DNA of 51,009 nucleotides, from positions 1 to 51,009 of the forward strand of contig JAKUNM010000004.1 of NCBI GenBank assembly GCA_022451865.1. Reading direction: 5' to 3'. The translations under genes were made by a program, and so were the position numbers. Below are positions 1 to 8,141 of this stretch, piece after piece (position 1 is the first letter of the stretch; the number at the start of each line of letters is the position of its first letter). The notes beneath the pieces are model-generated. The model saw only the letters and a program-made list of their open reading frames with translations, did no database searches and was not told where the DNA came from. This DNA is from Dehalococcoidia bacterium (GTDB lineage: Bacteria; Chloroflexota; Dehalococcoidia; UBA2979).

Positions 1-111
1 GGAGAGTCAACCTCTCAAGTGGAGAATGCAAAATTAGCAGTGGCTCATGGTAATGGTGGGCTACTTGGTGGAAATCATACAGGCGGAACAATTATTCTTG
101 CTGCTGATTAG
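1..111 (+). CDS. Thiolase-like (SCP-x / nonspecific lipid-transfer type) protein, C-terminal fragment; 5' end lies outside the window
   Basis: Frame 1 is open from base 1 to TAG at 109..111 and translates GESTSQVENAKLAVAHGNGGLLGGNHTGGTIILAAD. This resembles the C-terminus of the full thiolase-like gene at 9424..10560 (..VNTSGGHLSEAY..GTGALILEPD). A DUF35 partner follows 9 nt later, as in the second pair. Confidence 0.6.
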   Translation, partial: GESTSQVENAKLAVAHGNGGLLGGNHTGGTIILAAD

Positions 112-120
112 GAGTCAAAA

Positions 121-534
121 ATGTCAGATAGATCGATGCCACAATTCCCTGAACCAGATACATTGCCTTTTTGGGAAGCTACAAAAAATGAAAAATTGAA
201 ATATCAGCAATGTAGTATGTGTAATTCTGTTGTGTTTTATCCAAGATTTGCATGTACTCACTGTGGTAGTGATGAATTAGAATGGAAAGATTCAAAAGGT
301 GAAGGTGAAATTTACACATATTCTGTAGTTCGGCAGAATAGAAATCCAGCTTTTGCTGATTTAGGTGCTTATGTATTGGCTTATGTCGACCTTGATGAAG
401 GTTTTAGGATGATGTCAAATATTGTTGGTATAAAAAATCCCATCACAGATGTAAAAATTGGTCAAAGAGTAAAAGTGAAATTCGAGAAACAGGATTCTGG
501 TGAATTTCCAGTACCAGTTTTTGAGCTAATTTAA
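121..534 (+). CDS. DUF35-type OB-fold / zinc-ribbon protein (thiolase partner subunit)
   Basis: 137 aa. Four-Cys zinc ribbon CSMCNSVVFYPRFACTHC, followed by an OB-fold-like GEIYTYSVV...VDLDEGFRMMSNI...GQRVKVKF. Paralog of 10553..10984. Confidence 0.8.
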   Translation: MSDRSMPQFPEPDTLPFWEATKNEKLKYQQCSMCNSVVFYPRFACTHCGSDELEWKDSKGEGEIYTYSVVRQNRNPAFADLGAYVLAYVDLDEGFRMMSNIVGIKNPITDVKIGQRVKVKFEKQDSGEFPVPVFELI

Positions 535-543
535 TGTCATTAA

Positions 544-1422
544 CTAATCTATCGATTCATATCTATAGAAATTGTTATCGCTACGAATAACTCCTGCAGC
601 AGGATGATGAAAATGAGTTCCCAAGATTAAAGTCTCAGTATTTGCGTATTTTTCTAAGAAGGTGGTTCGAGTTTTACGAGCTGGTACTGCATCTTTGTCG
701 AAAGTTGGTCGTGCTTCAGGTGCTGCACACTGTATGGGATTATGAAGAAGATCACCAGTGATTATGGCTGTTTCGTTATGTGAGGAAATATGAATACAAA
801 CGTGTCCAGGAGTATGTCCATGACTTGGCTCAAATGTGATTGAGTCACTGAGTTTATAATCTGCAGGAACTAGATCGACAAGATTTTCTTTAAAAACAGG
901 TATAACACTGTCTTCTATTATCGGAACCGGACCAATTTCATTGGAAGTCCAGTAGTCCCACTCTGGGGTTACTATTTTATAGCGTGCATTTTTGAACGTA
1001 GGTACCCAATTTTTTTCAACTAACCTTGTGTTCCAACCAGCATGGTTTTGGTGTAAATGTGTATTTATTACAAAATCGATACTGTCTGCTGGTATTCCTG
1101 CATTTTCTAAATCTTGTAAGTAAGTTCCTTGTTTCATATGCCAACCTTCAAAACCTTCGGTTTGGCGATTTTTATTATCCCCGATCCCTGTATCTACAAC
1201 TACCTTCATTCCATCTACTTCGACAATCCAAGAATGAATCGATTGTAGTAGATGACCTTTATCATTTATATAATGTGGCCTAAGCCAAGGTGTAGATTTT
1301 TCTAATAATCCATATGGATCAGAATACTCGGGGAGTAGCCATTTTACGGATGTTGGCATTACCATTTCTTCAATTAAAGTTATTTTCGCATCACCAACAG
1401 TTAAACTATTTCGAATTGGCAT
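544..1422 (-). CDS. MBL-fold metallo-hydrolase (lactonase-like) with a variant metal motif
   Basis: 292 aa. Metallo-beta-lactamase layout with THLHQNHAGW at the HxHxDH position (Asn in place of Asp), a later HGHTPGH, and a TGD motif. Confidence 0.75.
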   Translation of the reverse strand: MPIRNSLTVGDAKITLIEEMVMPTSVKWLLPEYSDPYGLLEKSTPWLRPHYINDKGHLLQSIHSWIVEVDGMKVVVDTGIGDNKNRQTEGFEGWHMKQGTYLQDLENAGIPADSIDFVINTHLHQNHAGWNTRLVEKNWVPTFKNARYKIVTPEWDYWTSNEIGPVPIIEDSVIPVFKENLVDLVPADYKLSDSITFEPSHGHTPGHVCIHISSHNETAIITGDLLHNPIQCAAPEARPTFDKDAVPARKTRTTFLEKYANTETLILGTHFHHPAAGVIRSDNNFYRYESID

Positions 1423-1440
1423 TAATTAATCCTTAAGTTC

Positions 1441-2958
1441 TTACCATTCATGATTTTCGAAGACCCAATCCATTAGAGTAGTTGCCTCTCCATATCTATC
1501 AGGTGAATTGAGAAGAACTACAAAAACACGGTTGCCATTTCTAGTTACTGATCCGACGAAAGTTCTTCCTGCTAAATCAGTATTACCTGTCTTAACTCCA
1601 TCTGCTCCTGCATAAGTTCTGAGAAAGGCATTCCCATTTCTCATATAGAAAGTTCTAGATCCTTTTGCTACCCATGTTGTGGTCTGTGCCGTGTTAGCAA
1701 AATCAGGGAGTGTCATAGCATGTCGACTAAGCATCGCTAGATCATATGCAGAAGCTAAGTGTCCCGTTTCATCTAATCCATGTGAATTTTTGAAATGACT
1801 ATTCTCTAAATTGAGTCGAGTCATTAATGCATTCATATGACCTGCGAATGCAGCTTCATTTCCTGCTAAATGTCTTGCAATAGTTATAGCTGCGTCATTA
1901 CCGGATGGCAACATTAGACCATGTAATAGATCACGAAGTTGAAGACAATCACCAGGCAGTAATCCCATTACACTACTACCTATCATTGCATTACTGTCCA
2001 CATCACTTTCTACCCATGTATCAAGATTTCCCTCTTCGATAGCAATTATTGCAGTAGCGATTTTTGTTAGGCTGGCAGGTGGTAAATTTTGATGGGCATT
2101 CAAGTTATATAAAATTGTTCCTGACCGATCATCTACGACTACAGCTGCTTTTGAATTGATGAATGGTGCTTCAGCATTTGTAATTTTTTGAGGAGGATTG
2201 ATAAAGTTTTTATTCGTATCAGTAATACTTGCTGTCGTATTTGATATATTTCCAACAGGTATGCATTTTAAAATTAGAATCGTTCCAGAACTTAAAGATT
2301 CTCCTCCAAAGTGATCAAACCATGGTTGATTTACAAAATTTGGTGCTCCAGGTTTATATGCAAGAAATTGCCCCTGAACAATCGTAAAAATTGAATCTGT
2401 ATCACAACCTTCTGTACGTGCAGCATCTACCAAGTTATTCATTGATCCTCCTCCCCATAACTGGAGACTGAATCCAGAAGTTGGTAATGGTGCTGAGAAT
2501 TTTGGCTCTATCGGTTTAGGTGTAATCGTTGGTGCTACAGGAGCAGGGAGTATACTTTGTGTTACTGCTGCTGACGACGTGCATTTTGGATTATCATCAT
2601 AGGGTTCCAGAAATTCATCAGCCATCCAGCCGATAAGTCCATTTACTGAAACTTTTTGCCAACGATAATCATTAGTAATTACTGCCCCTTTAAGTACATC
2701 AACTACAGTTTTGTCTGCTATACAACCAAGTTTATTACCACTCATTCCAGGTAAATCACGTATTCTTAGACAATCCCCACCTGCATCTATAATTGCTTGT
2801 TTGCCTGGTGTCAGTGGTATTTTTTTGACGATATCAATTGTGTGGTTGGAGTTCTGATCTTGCAGTAATACTCGCGCACTAACTTGAAGTGGTGAAAAAA
2901 GTAATGAAAATATAGTAATTGAAATAAATAGCACAAAGACACGGGGAGATTGTTGCAC
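1441..2958 (-). CDS. Serine-type D-Ala-D-Ala carboxypeptidase (peptidase S11 / PBP5-like) with N-terminal signal/TM, SH3-like domain and an unassigned middle domain
   Basis: 505 aa. All three penicillin-binding motifs are present in order: SLTK (SxxK), SGND (SxN), KTGNT (KTG). Hydrophobic N-terminus VFVLFISITIFSLLFSPLQVSA. SH3b-like segment CLRIRDLPG...YRWQKVSVNGLIGW. Confidence 0.85.
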   Translation of the reverse strand: MQQSPRVFVLFISITIFSLLFSPLQVSARVLLQDQNSNHTIDIVKKIPLTPGKQAIIDAGGDCLRIRDLPGMSGNKLGCIADKTVVDVLKGAVITNDYRWQKVSVNGLIGWMADEFLEPYDDNPKCTSSAAVTQSILPAPVAPTITPKPIEPKFSAPLPTSGFSLQLWGGGSMNNLVDAARTEGCDTDSIFTIVQGQFLAYKPGAPNFVNQPWFDHFGGESLSSGTILILKCIPVGNISNTTASITDTNKNFINPPQKITNAEAPFINSKAAVVVDDRSGTILYNLNAHQNLPPASLTKIATAIIAIEEGNLDTWVESDVDSNAMIGSSVMGLLPGDCLQLRDLLHGLMLPSGNDAAITIARHLAGNEAAFAGHMNALMTRLNLENSHFKNSHGLDETGHLASAYDLAMLSRHAMTLPDFANTAQTTTWVAKGSRTFYMRNGNAFLRTYAGADGVKTGNTDLAGRTFVGSVTRNGNRVFVVLLNSPDRYGEATTLMDWVFENHEW

Positions 2959-3023
2959 TGTTATCTGCCTTAACCCCGCCCAGTGCTTAAATGTTACATC
3001 TTTTTTACGCTTTTTGGGTAGTC

Positions 3024-3048
3024 TTATTTAAAATTTAATTTTAAATAA
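3024..3048. repeat. Perfect 11-bp A/T-only inverted repeat with a 3-nt spacer in the dac-like gene upstream region
   Basis: TTATTTAAAAT-TTA-ATTTTAAATAA, located 66-90 nt upstream of the carboxypeptidase start at 2958 (minus strand). Function is unknown; operator, UP-like element or chance in AT-rich DNA are all possible. Confidence 0.4.
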
Positions 3049-3173
3049 AGACGTTCCTCTACAAACTTGACTAGAGAAATTATGTCATTCACCACTAGAA
3101 TTCAATGATTTCCAATTATCTACGTGTGCACGTGAAGCTAATTTAGCTTCAGAAGAACAATTAAGTTTAAATT

Positions 3174-3845
3174 TTATTTTAATGATTTTAGCCAATTTTG
3201 GATAAAAGGGTTATTTTTACGTTCAAATCCTATAGTGGTTTCAGACATATGGCCTGGTAAAACGTTTGTTTCATCTGGTAGTTGAAATAATTTTTCGCAA
3301 ATACTCTTCATCTCTTGATTGTAATCGCCTCCAGGCATATCAGTTCTTCCGATTGATCCTCTAAAAAGCGTATCTCCACTAAACAGGAAGCCTTGATCGG
3401 AGTAATAACTTACACTACCTGGTGTGTGCCCAGGTGTAGTGATGACTTGTAATTTTACTCCTTCAACTTCGATGCTATCTCCATCGTTAACGAAGTATGA
3501 AGGCTGTGGGCTTGGTTCCTCAGGATTTACCCCAAACTTTTCTGCGGAAGTCTCCCAGCCATTACTTAATATTTTTAAGTCATGATCGTGTAGTAAAAAA
3601 TCTGCACCAGTTTCATTTTGTACACCACGGACTCCTAAGACATGATCAAGGTGTGCATGCGAATTAGCTATGCACTTAATTGTGACTCCCATATCACGAC
3701 TTAATGCCAATATTTCATGTGGTTCATCACCAGGATCTATACAAATAGCCTCTCCAGTATTTCTGTTACCTACGATCCAGCAGTTCTCCCTAAAAACTCC
3801 TACAACAATTCCTCGAACAATAAACTCATTTATTACTTCCATCAA
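3174..3845 (-). CDS. MBL-fold hydrolase, glyoxalase II (GloB)-like
   Basis: 223 aa. Canonical SHAHLDH (HxHxDH), TPGHTPGS, GDTLF and a C-terminal PGH motif, typical of the hydroxyacylglutathione hydrolase family. Confidence 0.8.
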   Translation of the reverse strand: MMEVINEFIVRGIVVGVFRENCWIVGNRNTGEAICIDPGDEPHEILALSRDMGVTIKCIANSHAHLDHVLGVRGVQNETGADFLLHDHDLKILSNGWETSAEKFGVNPEEPSPQPSYFVNDGDSIEVEGVKLQVITTPGHTPGSVSYYSDQGFLFSGDTLFRGSIGRTDMPGGDYNQEMKSICEKLFQLPDETNVLPGHMSETTIGFERKNNPFIQNWLKSLK

Positions 3846-3867
3846 AACCTACCTTGCTGAATATCTT

Positions 3868-4782
3868 CTAGAGTGCCGCTGTAATTGCATAAGTTTTTGG
3901 TAATCCATTTGCAAGTGAAATCCAATTTTTCCCACTGTCATGAGAAGCCCAAACCGTTCCATTCGCTACAGCAAAGCCAGTATCGGACGCATTCCAAAGT
4001 CTCGTAATTACTGGTTGTGTTTCCCAGTCGCTATTATTTTCAAGATTTATTTTGGACCATGTAACTCCTCCGTTTGGGGAACGGTATATCGAATAGGGAT
4101 TTTCTATTTTTTGGTCTTTATTAACTAATAGTAATGCGTCGGGTTTACTTGGAAATACTTCAAAATTTATACAAGGTAATTCTCCAATTCCCATAGTAGG
4201 GTGCATCCAACTGAAGCCACTATCATCAGATTTATAAAAACCCGATTCGGTACTAGCATATAAAATATCTGAGTTTTCAGGGTGTTCTTGTATTTTGTAC
4301 AGCGAAGTATCTAAACCATCTGATCGTTGAAGCCAGTTTTCTCCCTTATCACGTGTGTGCCAAGTTCCTCCACCAGCTATCCCTATAATTTCTCCTTGCT
4401 TAGGAAAAATGACACCTGATATATAAGGCTTTTTATGATGAGGTGGAATATTAATTTGGCGATGTTTTATAACATTTTGTAGTCCACTCATTTCGACCCA
4501 ATTTTCTCCCTGATCATTGGAAAAATATAAACGGGTATCAAAAGTTCCTACCCAAATAGTTCCGTCCGGACCGATTCGTGCTGAACTCGGGTTTCCTTCC
4601 CAGCATTGAGACCATATTTCATTTTTGTATATCCATAAACCTGCTTCTTTAGATGCTGCTATCGCTATGCCATCTTGATAATCAATTATTTCAAAACATG
4701 GTCCTTCTATGACTTGAATTGGCTCTTTCCCAGGTATGAGCTGTATTAATCCATTGTCTATTCCAAGTAAAATACCCAGCAA
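3868..4782 (-). CDS. BNR/Asp-box repeat beta-propeller protein (sialidase-fold / Ycf48-like); function unknown
   Basis: 304 aa with five Asp-box-like repeats: SNDQGENW, TRDKGENW, SDDSGFSW, SPNGGVTW, SHDSGKNW. No signal peptide is seen. Its start lies 1 nt after the stop of the upstream sirtuin gene. Confidence 0.7.
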   Translation of the reverse strand: MLGILLGIDNGLIQLIPGKEPIQVIEGPCFEIIDYQDGIAIAASKEAGLWIYKNEIWSQCWEGNPSSARIGPDGTIWVGTFDTRLYFSNDQGENWVEMSGLQNVIKHRQINIPPHHKKPYISGVIFPKQGEIIGIAGGGTWHTRDKGENWLQRSDGLDTSLYKIQEHPENSDILYASTESGFYKSDDSGFSWMHPTMGIGELPCINFEVFPSKPDALLLVNKDQKIENPYSIYRSPNGGVTWSKINLENNSDWETQPVITRLWNASDTGFAVANGTVWASHDSGKNWISLANGLPKTYAITAAL

Positions 4783-4783
4783 T

Positions 4784-5590
4784 TTAGACCTTTCTTGTGT
4801 GAATTTCAGAAATTAACTTGATAATTTCTGGTAATATTTTGCCTGAAGGTCCCTTCAAGCTGATGAGTGCAAACTCACTGAGTGGAGTTGTTTCAGGGTT
4901 TATCTCTATCAATGGGATACCTTTTTCTAAAGCCATAATGGGGAATTGTGCCGCAGGATAAACAATGGCTGAGGTTCCAATAGTCAAAAAAAGATCAGCT
5001 TTTTGAGTAGCACTATGACAAGTTTCTAGTAAGTTTGGAGGTATTGGTTCCCCAAACATTACAGTATCACTCTTAAGAATCCCATTACATAGTTCACATA
5101 TAGGTGGGAGTAAATCTTGCTGAATCGTGATGGATTTTTTTGGCCATCTAGAATTACAGGTGATACATCTAATCCAATAACGATTACCATGGATTTCAGT
5201 GATAGAGATTTGTCCAGCTTGGCGATGGAGGTCATCTACATTTTGCGTAATAAGGTGGGAGATGATCCCTAATTGTTCTAGTTGAACTAACGCATAATGT
5301 CCTTGATTTGGTTTGGATTGATCAAGAGCTGTAGCAAAAGAGTCGGTATTAGTAGGTGTAAATTTTTCAGTCCACCATTGCTTTGGATTATCTAAAAATA
5401 TCTCGTACTGATTCAGAGGTGGTTCGCCATTGATTGTCCATAATCCTCCCTCGCCTCGAAAGGTTGGTATCCCAGATTCTTTAGACATTCCAGCGCCTGC
5501 TAATACGACCGTGTTCTGAGATCTTGATAGTAATTCTGCTACTTTTTTTAGTTCTGAAAGATTCGGAAGTTCACTCTGTTTTGTTTCCAT
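4784..5590 (-). CDS. cobB: NAD-dependent protein deacylase (sirtuin, CobB family)
   Basis: 268 aa. GAGMSKESGIPTFRG NAD-binding motif, QNVDDLH, catalytic EIHGN, and a Zn ribbon CITC...CELC. Confidence 0.85.
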   Translation of the reverse strand: METKQSELPNLSELKKVAELLSRSQNTVVLAGAGMSKESGIPTFRGEGGLWTINGEPPLNQYEIFLDNPKQWWTEKFTPTNTDSFATALDQSKPNQGHYALVQLEQLGIISHLITQNVDDLHRQAGQISITEIHGNRYWIRCITCNSRWPKKSITIQQDLLPPICELCNGILKSDTVMFGEPIPPNLLETCHSATQKADLFLTIGTSAIVYPAAQFPIMALEKGIPLIEINPETTPLSEFALISLKGPSGKILPEIIKLISEIHTRKV

Positions 5591-5633
5591 TTTTGAAGGT
5601 TACATGTGTGTGGCTCTGAATGGTAGAGTATCT

Positions 5634-5879
5634 ATGATGAAAACTATTAGTGAAGTAGGTTATATGACTGATGTATTAGCTGAATGGCCAGGGCGAGTGG
5701 CTGAAGTGCACGTTAATGTGGGTGATACAGTAGAAAGTGATCAAGAATTACTTACTCTAGAATCTATGAAAATGTTAACTCCAATTACTTCACCGGCCTC
5801 TGGATTGGTGGATGAAATATTGGTGTCCGTGGATGAATATGTCGAGACAGGTCAACTTTTGTTACGTTTGTCAATATAG
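5634..5879 (+). CDS. Small biotinyl carrier protein (biotin/lipoyl attachment domain)
   Basis: Biotinylation motif ESMKM sits inside the typical hammerhead fold (GRVAEVHVNVGDTV...LLTLESMKMLTPITSPASGLVDEI). Start is uncertain: the ORF opens at 5604, only 13 nt from the divergent cobB start, so ATG 5634, 5637 or 5664 are more plausible. Confidence 0.75.
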   Translation: MMKTISEVGYMTDVLAEWPGRVAEVHVNVGDTVESDQELLTLESMKMLTPITSPASGLVDEILVSVDEYVETGQLLLRLSI

Positions 5880-5929
5880 TTAGCATTAGGCAATTCATCG
5901 CATTCATTTGAATAAGATGGGGGTTCATT

Positions 5930-7486
5930 ATGGTATGGGAATCAGAAATAGATGAATTAGAGAAGAGACGTGAACTTGCTTATCTTATGGGAACCGAAGA
6001 TCGTGTAAAAAGGCACCATGATCGAGGACATCTCACAGTTCGTGAGCGTATTGCCTTATTAGTTGACAGTGGAAGTTTCCGAGAAAGAGGAGTATTGGCA
6101 GGAAAAGCTCATTATGAAAATTCTGAGCTTAAGGATTTTATCCCGTCAAATTATGTCATGGGAGTTGCGAAATTAGATGGACGTCCTGCAGTGGTAGGTG
6201 GAGATGACTTTACAGTTCGTGGAGGAGCTGCAGATGGTGCTGTAGGTGGTAAAGCAGGTCATGCTGAGAAAATGGCTCGCGAACTTCGTATTCCTGTAGT
6301 GCGAATGGTAGATGGAACAGGAGGTGGCGGTTCAGTAAAAACTATAGAAGATTTAGGTCGCACGTATATTCCTGGTAATACTAACTGGGATGTGATTGTA
6401 AATGCTATGTCAGAAATTCCAATGGTAGCTACCGCGATGGGCTCAATTGCAGGAATAGGCGCTGCACGTGTCGCAGCAAGCCATTTTTCTATAATGATCA
6501 AAGGTAATTCTCAAGTTTTTATTGCTGGTCCCCCTGTAGTAGAACGAGCATTTGGACAACCTATTGGTAAAGAAGAATTAGGTGGTTCAGGAATTCATGC
6601 ACATGGAAGCGGAGTAGTAGATAACGAAGTCGATACCGAAGAGGAAGCTTTTGAACAAATCAGAAAATTTTTATCGTATCTTCCCTCTAACTCTTGGGAA
6701 GTCCCTCCTAAAATCGAATCAACAGATCCGATTGATAGACGAGATGAAGAATTGCTTTCTGTGATACCCAAGGATAGAAGAAAGCCTCATGATATTCGAG
6801 CTTTGTTAAGCTATGTTTTAGACAGAGACAGTTTTTTTGAAATTGCACCATACTTTGGACCTTCTCTTGTTGTTGGTCTTGCTCGATTGGGTGGCTTTGC
6901 AGTAGGAGTGATTGCAAATGATCCTAGAAAGCTTGGAGGCTCTATGGATGGTGCTGCTTCAGATAAATTTGCTCGATTTATAGATTTGTTTGACACATTT
7001 AATTTGCCAGTAATCAATTTTGTCGATCAGCCAGGTTTTATGTTGGGAACAGCTGCAGAAAATTCTGGTGTTGCAAGACGTGGGGTACGAGCTTTAGCGG
7101 CAGTTAATCAAGCTGTCATTCCATGGGCATCTATAGTTATCAGGAGAGCATTCGGTGTAGCTGGTGCAGGGCATCAAAATCATTCTCGATGGAATTATAG
7201 AATCGCTTGGCCTTCAGGTGACTGGGGTTCTTTGCCGATTGAAGGCGGTGTAATGGCTGCATATCGACGTGAGATTGAAGAGGATGATGACCCAGAAAAA
7301 CGTAGAGAAGAAATTGAAAAACGCCTAAATGAGCTACGATCACCATTTCGCACGGCAGAGTCGTTCAATATTGAAGATATAATTGATCCTCGCGATACGC
7401 GGCCTTTGTTATGTGAATGGGTTGAACTTGCTTATAAGTCTTTACCAACCATAGTTGGTCCTAAGTTTAGAGGTACTAGACCTTAG
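5930..7486 (+). CDS. Acyl-CoA carboxylase carboxyltransferase subunit (propionyl-CoA carboxylase beta / methylmalonyl-CoA decarboxylase alpha family)
   Basis: 518 aa. Family-typical segments: GHLTVRERIALLVDSGSF, GGDDFTVRGGA, and PVINFVDQPGFMLG...GVARRG in the second crotonase-like half. Confidence 0.9.
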   Translation: MVWESEIDELEKRRELAYLMGTEDRVKRHHDRGHLTVRERIALLVDSGSFRERGVLAGKAHYENSELKDFIPSNYVMGVAKLDGRPAVVGGDDFTVRGGAADGAVGGKAGHAEKMARELRIPVVRMVDGTGGGGSVKTIEDLGRTYIPGNTNWDVIVNAMSEIPMVATAMGSIAGIGAARVAASHFSIMIKGNSQVFIAGPPVVERAFGQPIGKEELGGSGIHAHGSGVVDNEVDTEEEAFEQIRKFLSYLPSNSWEVPPKIESTDPIDRRDEELLSVIPKDRRKPHDIRALLSYVLDRDSFFEIAPYFGPSLVVGLARLGGFAVGVIANDPRKLGGSMDGAASDKFARFIDLFDTFNLPVINFVDQPGFMLGTAAENSGVARRGVRALAAVNQAVIPWASIVIRRAFGVAGAGHQNHSRWNYRIAWPSGDWGSLPIEGGVMAAYRREIEEDDDPEKRREEIEKRLNELRSPFRTAESFNIEDIIDPRDTRPLLCEWVELAYKSLPTIVGPKFRGTRP

Positions 7487-8141
7487 GTAAGATTCGATGC
7501 TGAACCAAGCTAGCCTGAATTTGTCTGAAAGGATCTTTGTTGGGATGAATATGTCTTGCATGCCATCCATACTGTCTTGCGGATGCGATATTTTCTATCT
7601 CATTGTCAAAAAATAAAACATTCTCTTTTTTAAAATTTGATTTTTTCTCGAAAGCTTCAAAACTTTTGAAATCGGGTTTGATTTGTTTTATTAAATGACT
7701 ACCGTAAATTTCATCGAGCAAACCTAAAGTGGGGAAAGAGGAAAATTTCCTCTCTTCGATTCCAAGTAAATTCCAATGGAGTGCGTTTGTATTGGAAAAT
7801 CCTACTGAAGTAACACCAATATTTTTTAGTTTTTCAATGATTTGATTAACGCCATCGAATTCTTGAATGATCCATGCCCTTAATATATCCACGGCATTTT
7901 CAGGTGTATAAACAGAATTGGAAGCTAGACTGATTCCATTGCTCCAGGAAAGAAGATCGATTGTTCCACGTTGATGATCTTGTGCAAGATTTTTTCTTTT
8001 CTGATTAAAGTCTTTAGGCAACGAGTCGAATTTTTTTTTGTCTAACTTTGCAAGTTTGTGCGCATGTTCCCATCCTGAAACCATCTCTATGAGTACACCA
8101 CCAAGATCAAAAACAACGACATTAATTTTGGTATTGGTCAT
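7476..8141 (-). CDS. HAD-superfamily hydrolase (subfamily IA-like)
   Basis: 221 aa. N-terminal VVVFDLGGVL (motif I variant), a later SNTN (motif II) and an FFDN-type motif. Its 3' end overlaps the convergent carboxyltransferase by 11 nt. Its start shares 1 nt with the stop of the upstream CoA-transferase. Confidence 0.7.
   Translation of the reverse strand: MTNTKINVVVFDLGGVLIEMVSGWEHAHKLAKLDKKKFDSLPKDFNQKRKNLAQDHQRGTIDLLSWSNGISLASNSVYTPENAVDILRAWIIQEFDGVNQIIEKLKNIGVTSVGFSNTNALHWNLLGIEERKFSSFPTLGLLDEIYGSHLIKQIKPDFKSFEAFEKKSNFKKENVLFFDNEIENIASARQYGWHARHIHPNKDPFRQIQASLVQHRILPKV

Noticed and set aside
4784-5590. SIR2-domain protein as a possible anti-phage defence effector (Thoeris, DSR or SIR2-HerA type)
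   Set aside because: It has the size and full motif set of a canonical CobB-type deacylase: the GAGxS NAD motif, QNVDxLH, catalytic HG and a Cys4 zinc ribbon. It has no fused sensor or effector domains. Its neighbours are metabolic genes, not defence partners.
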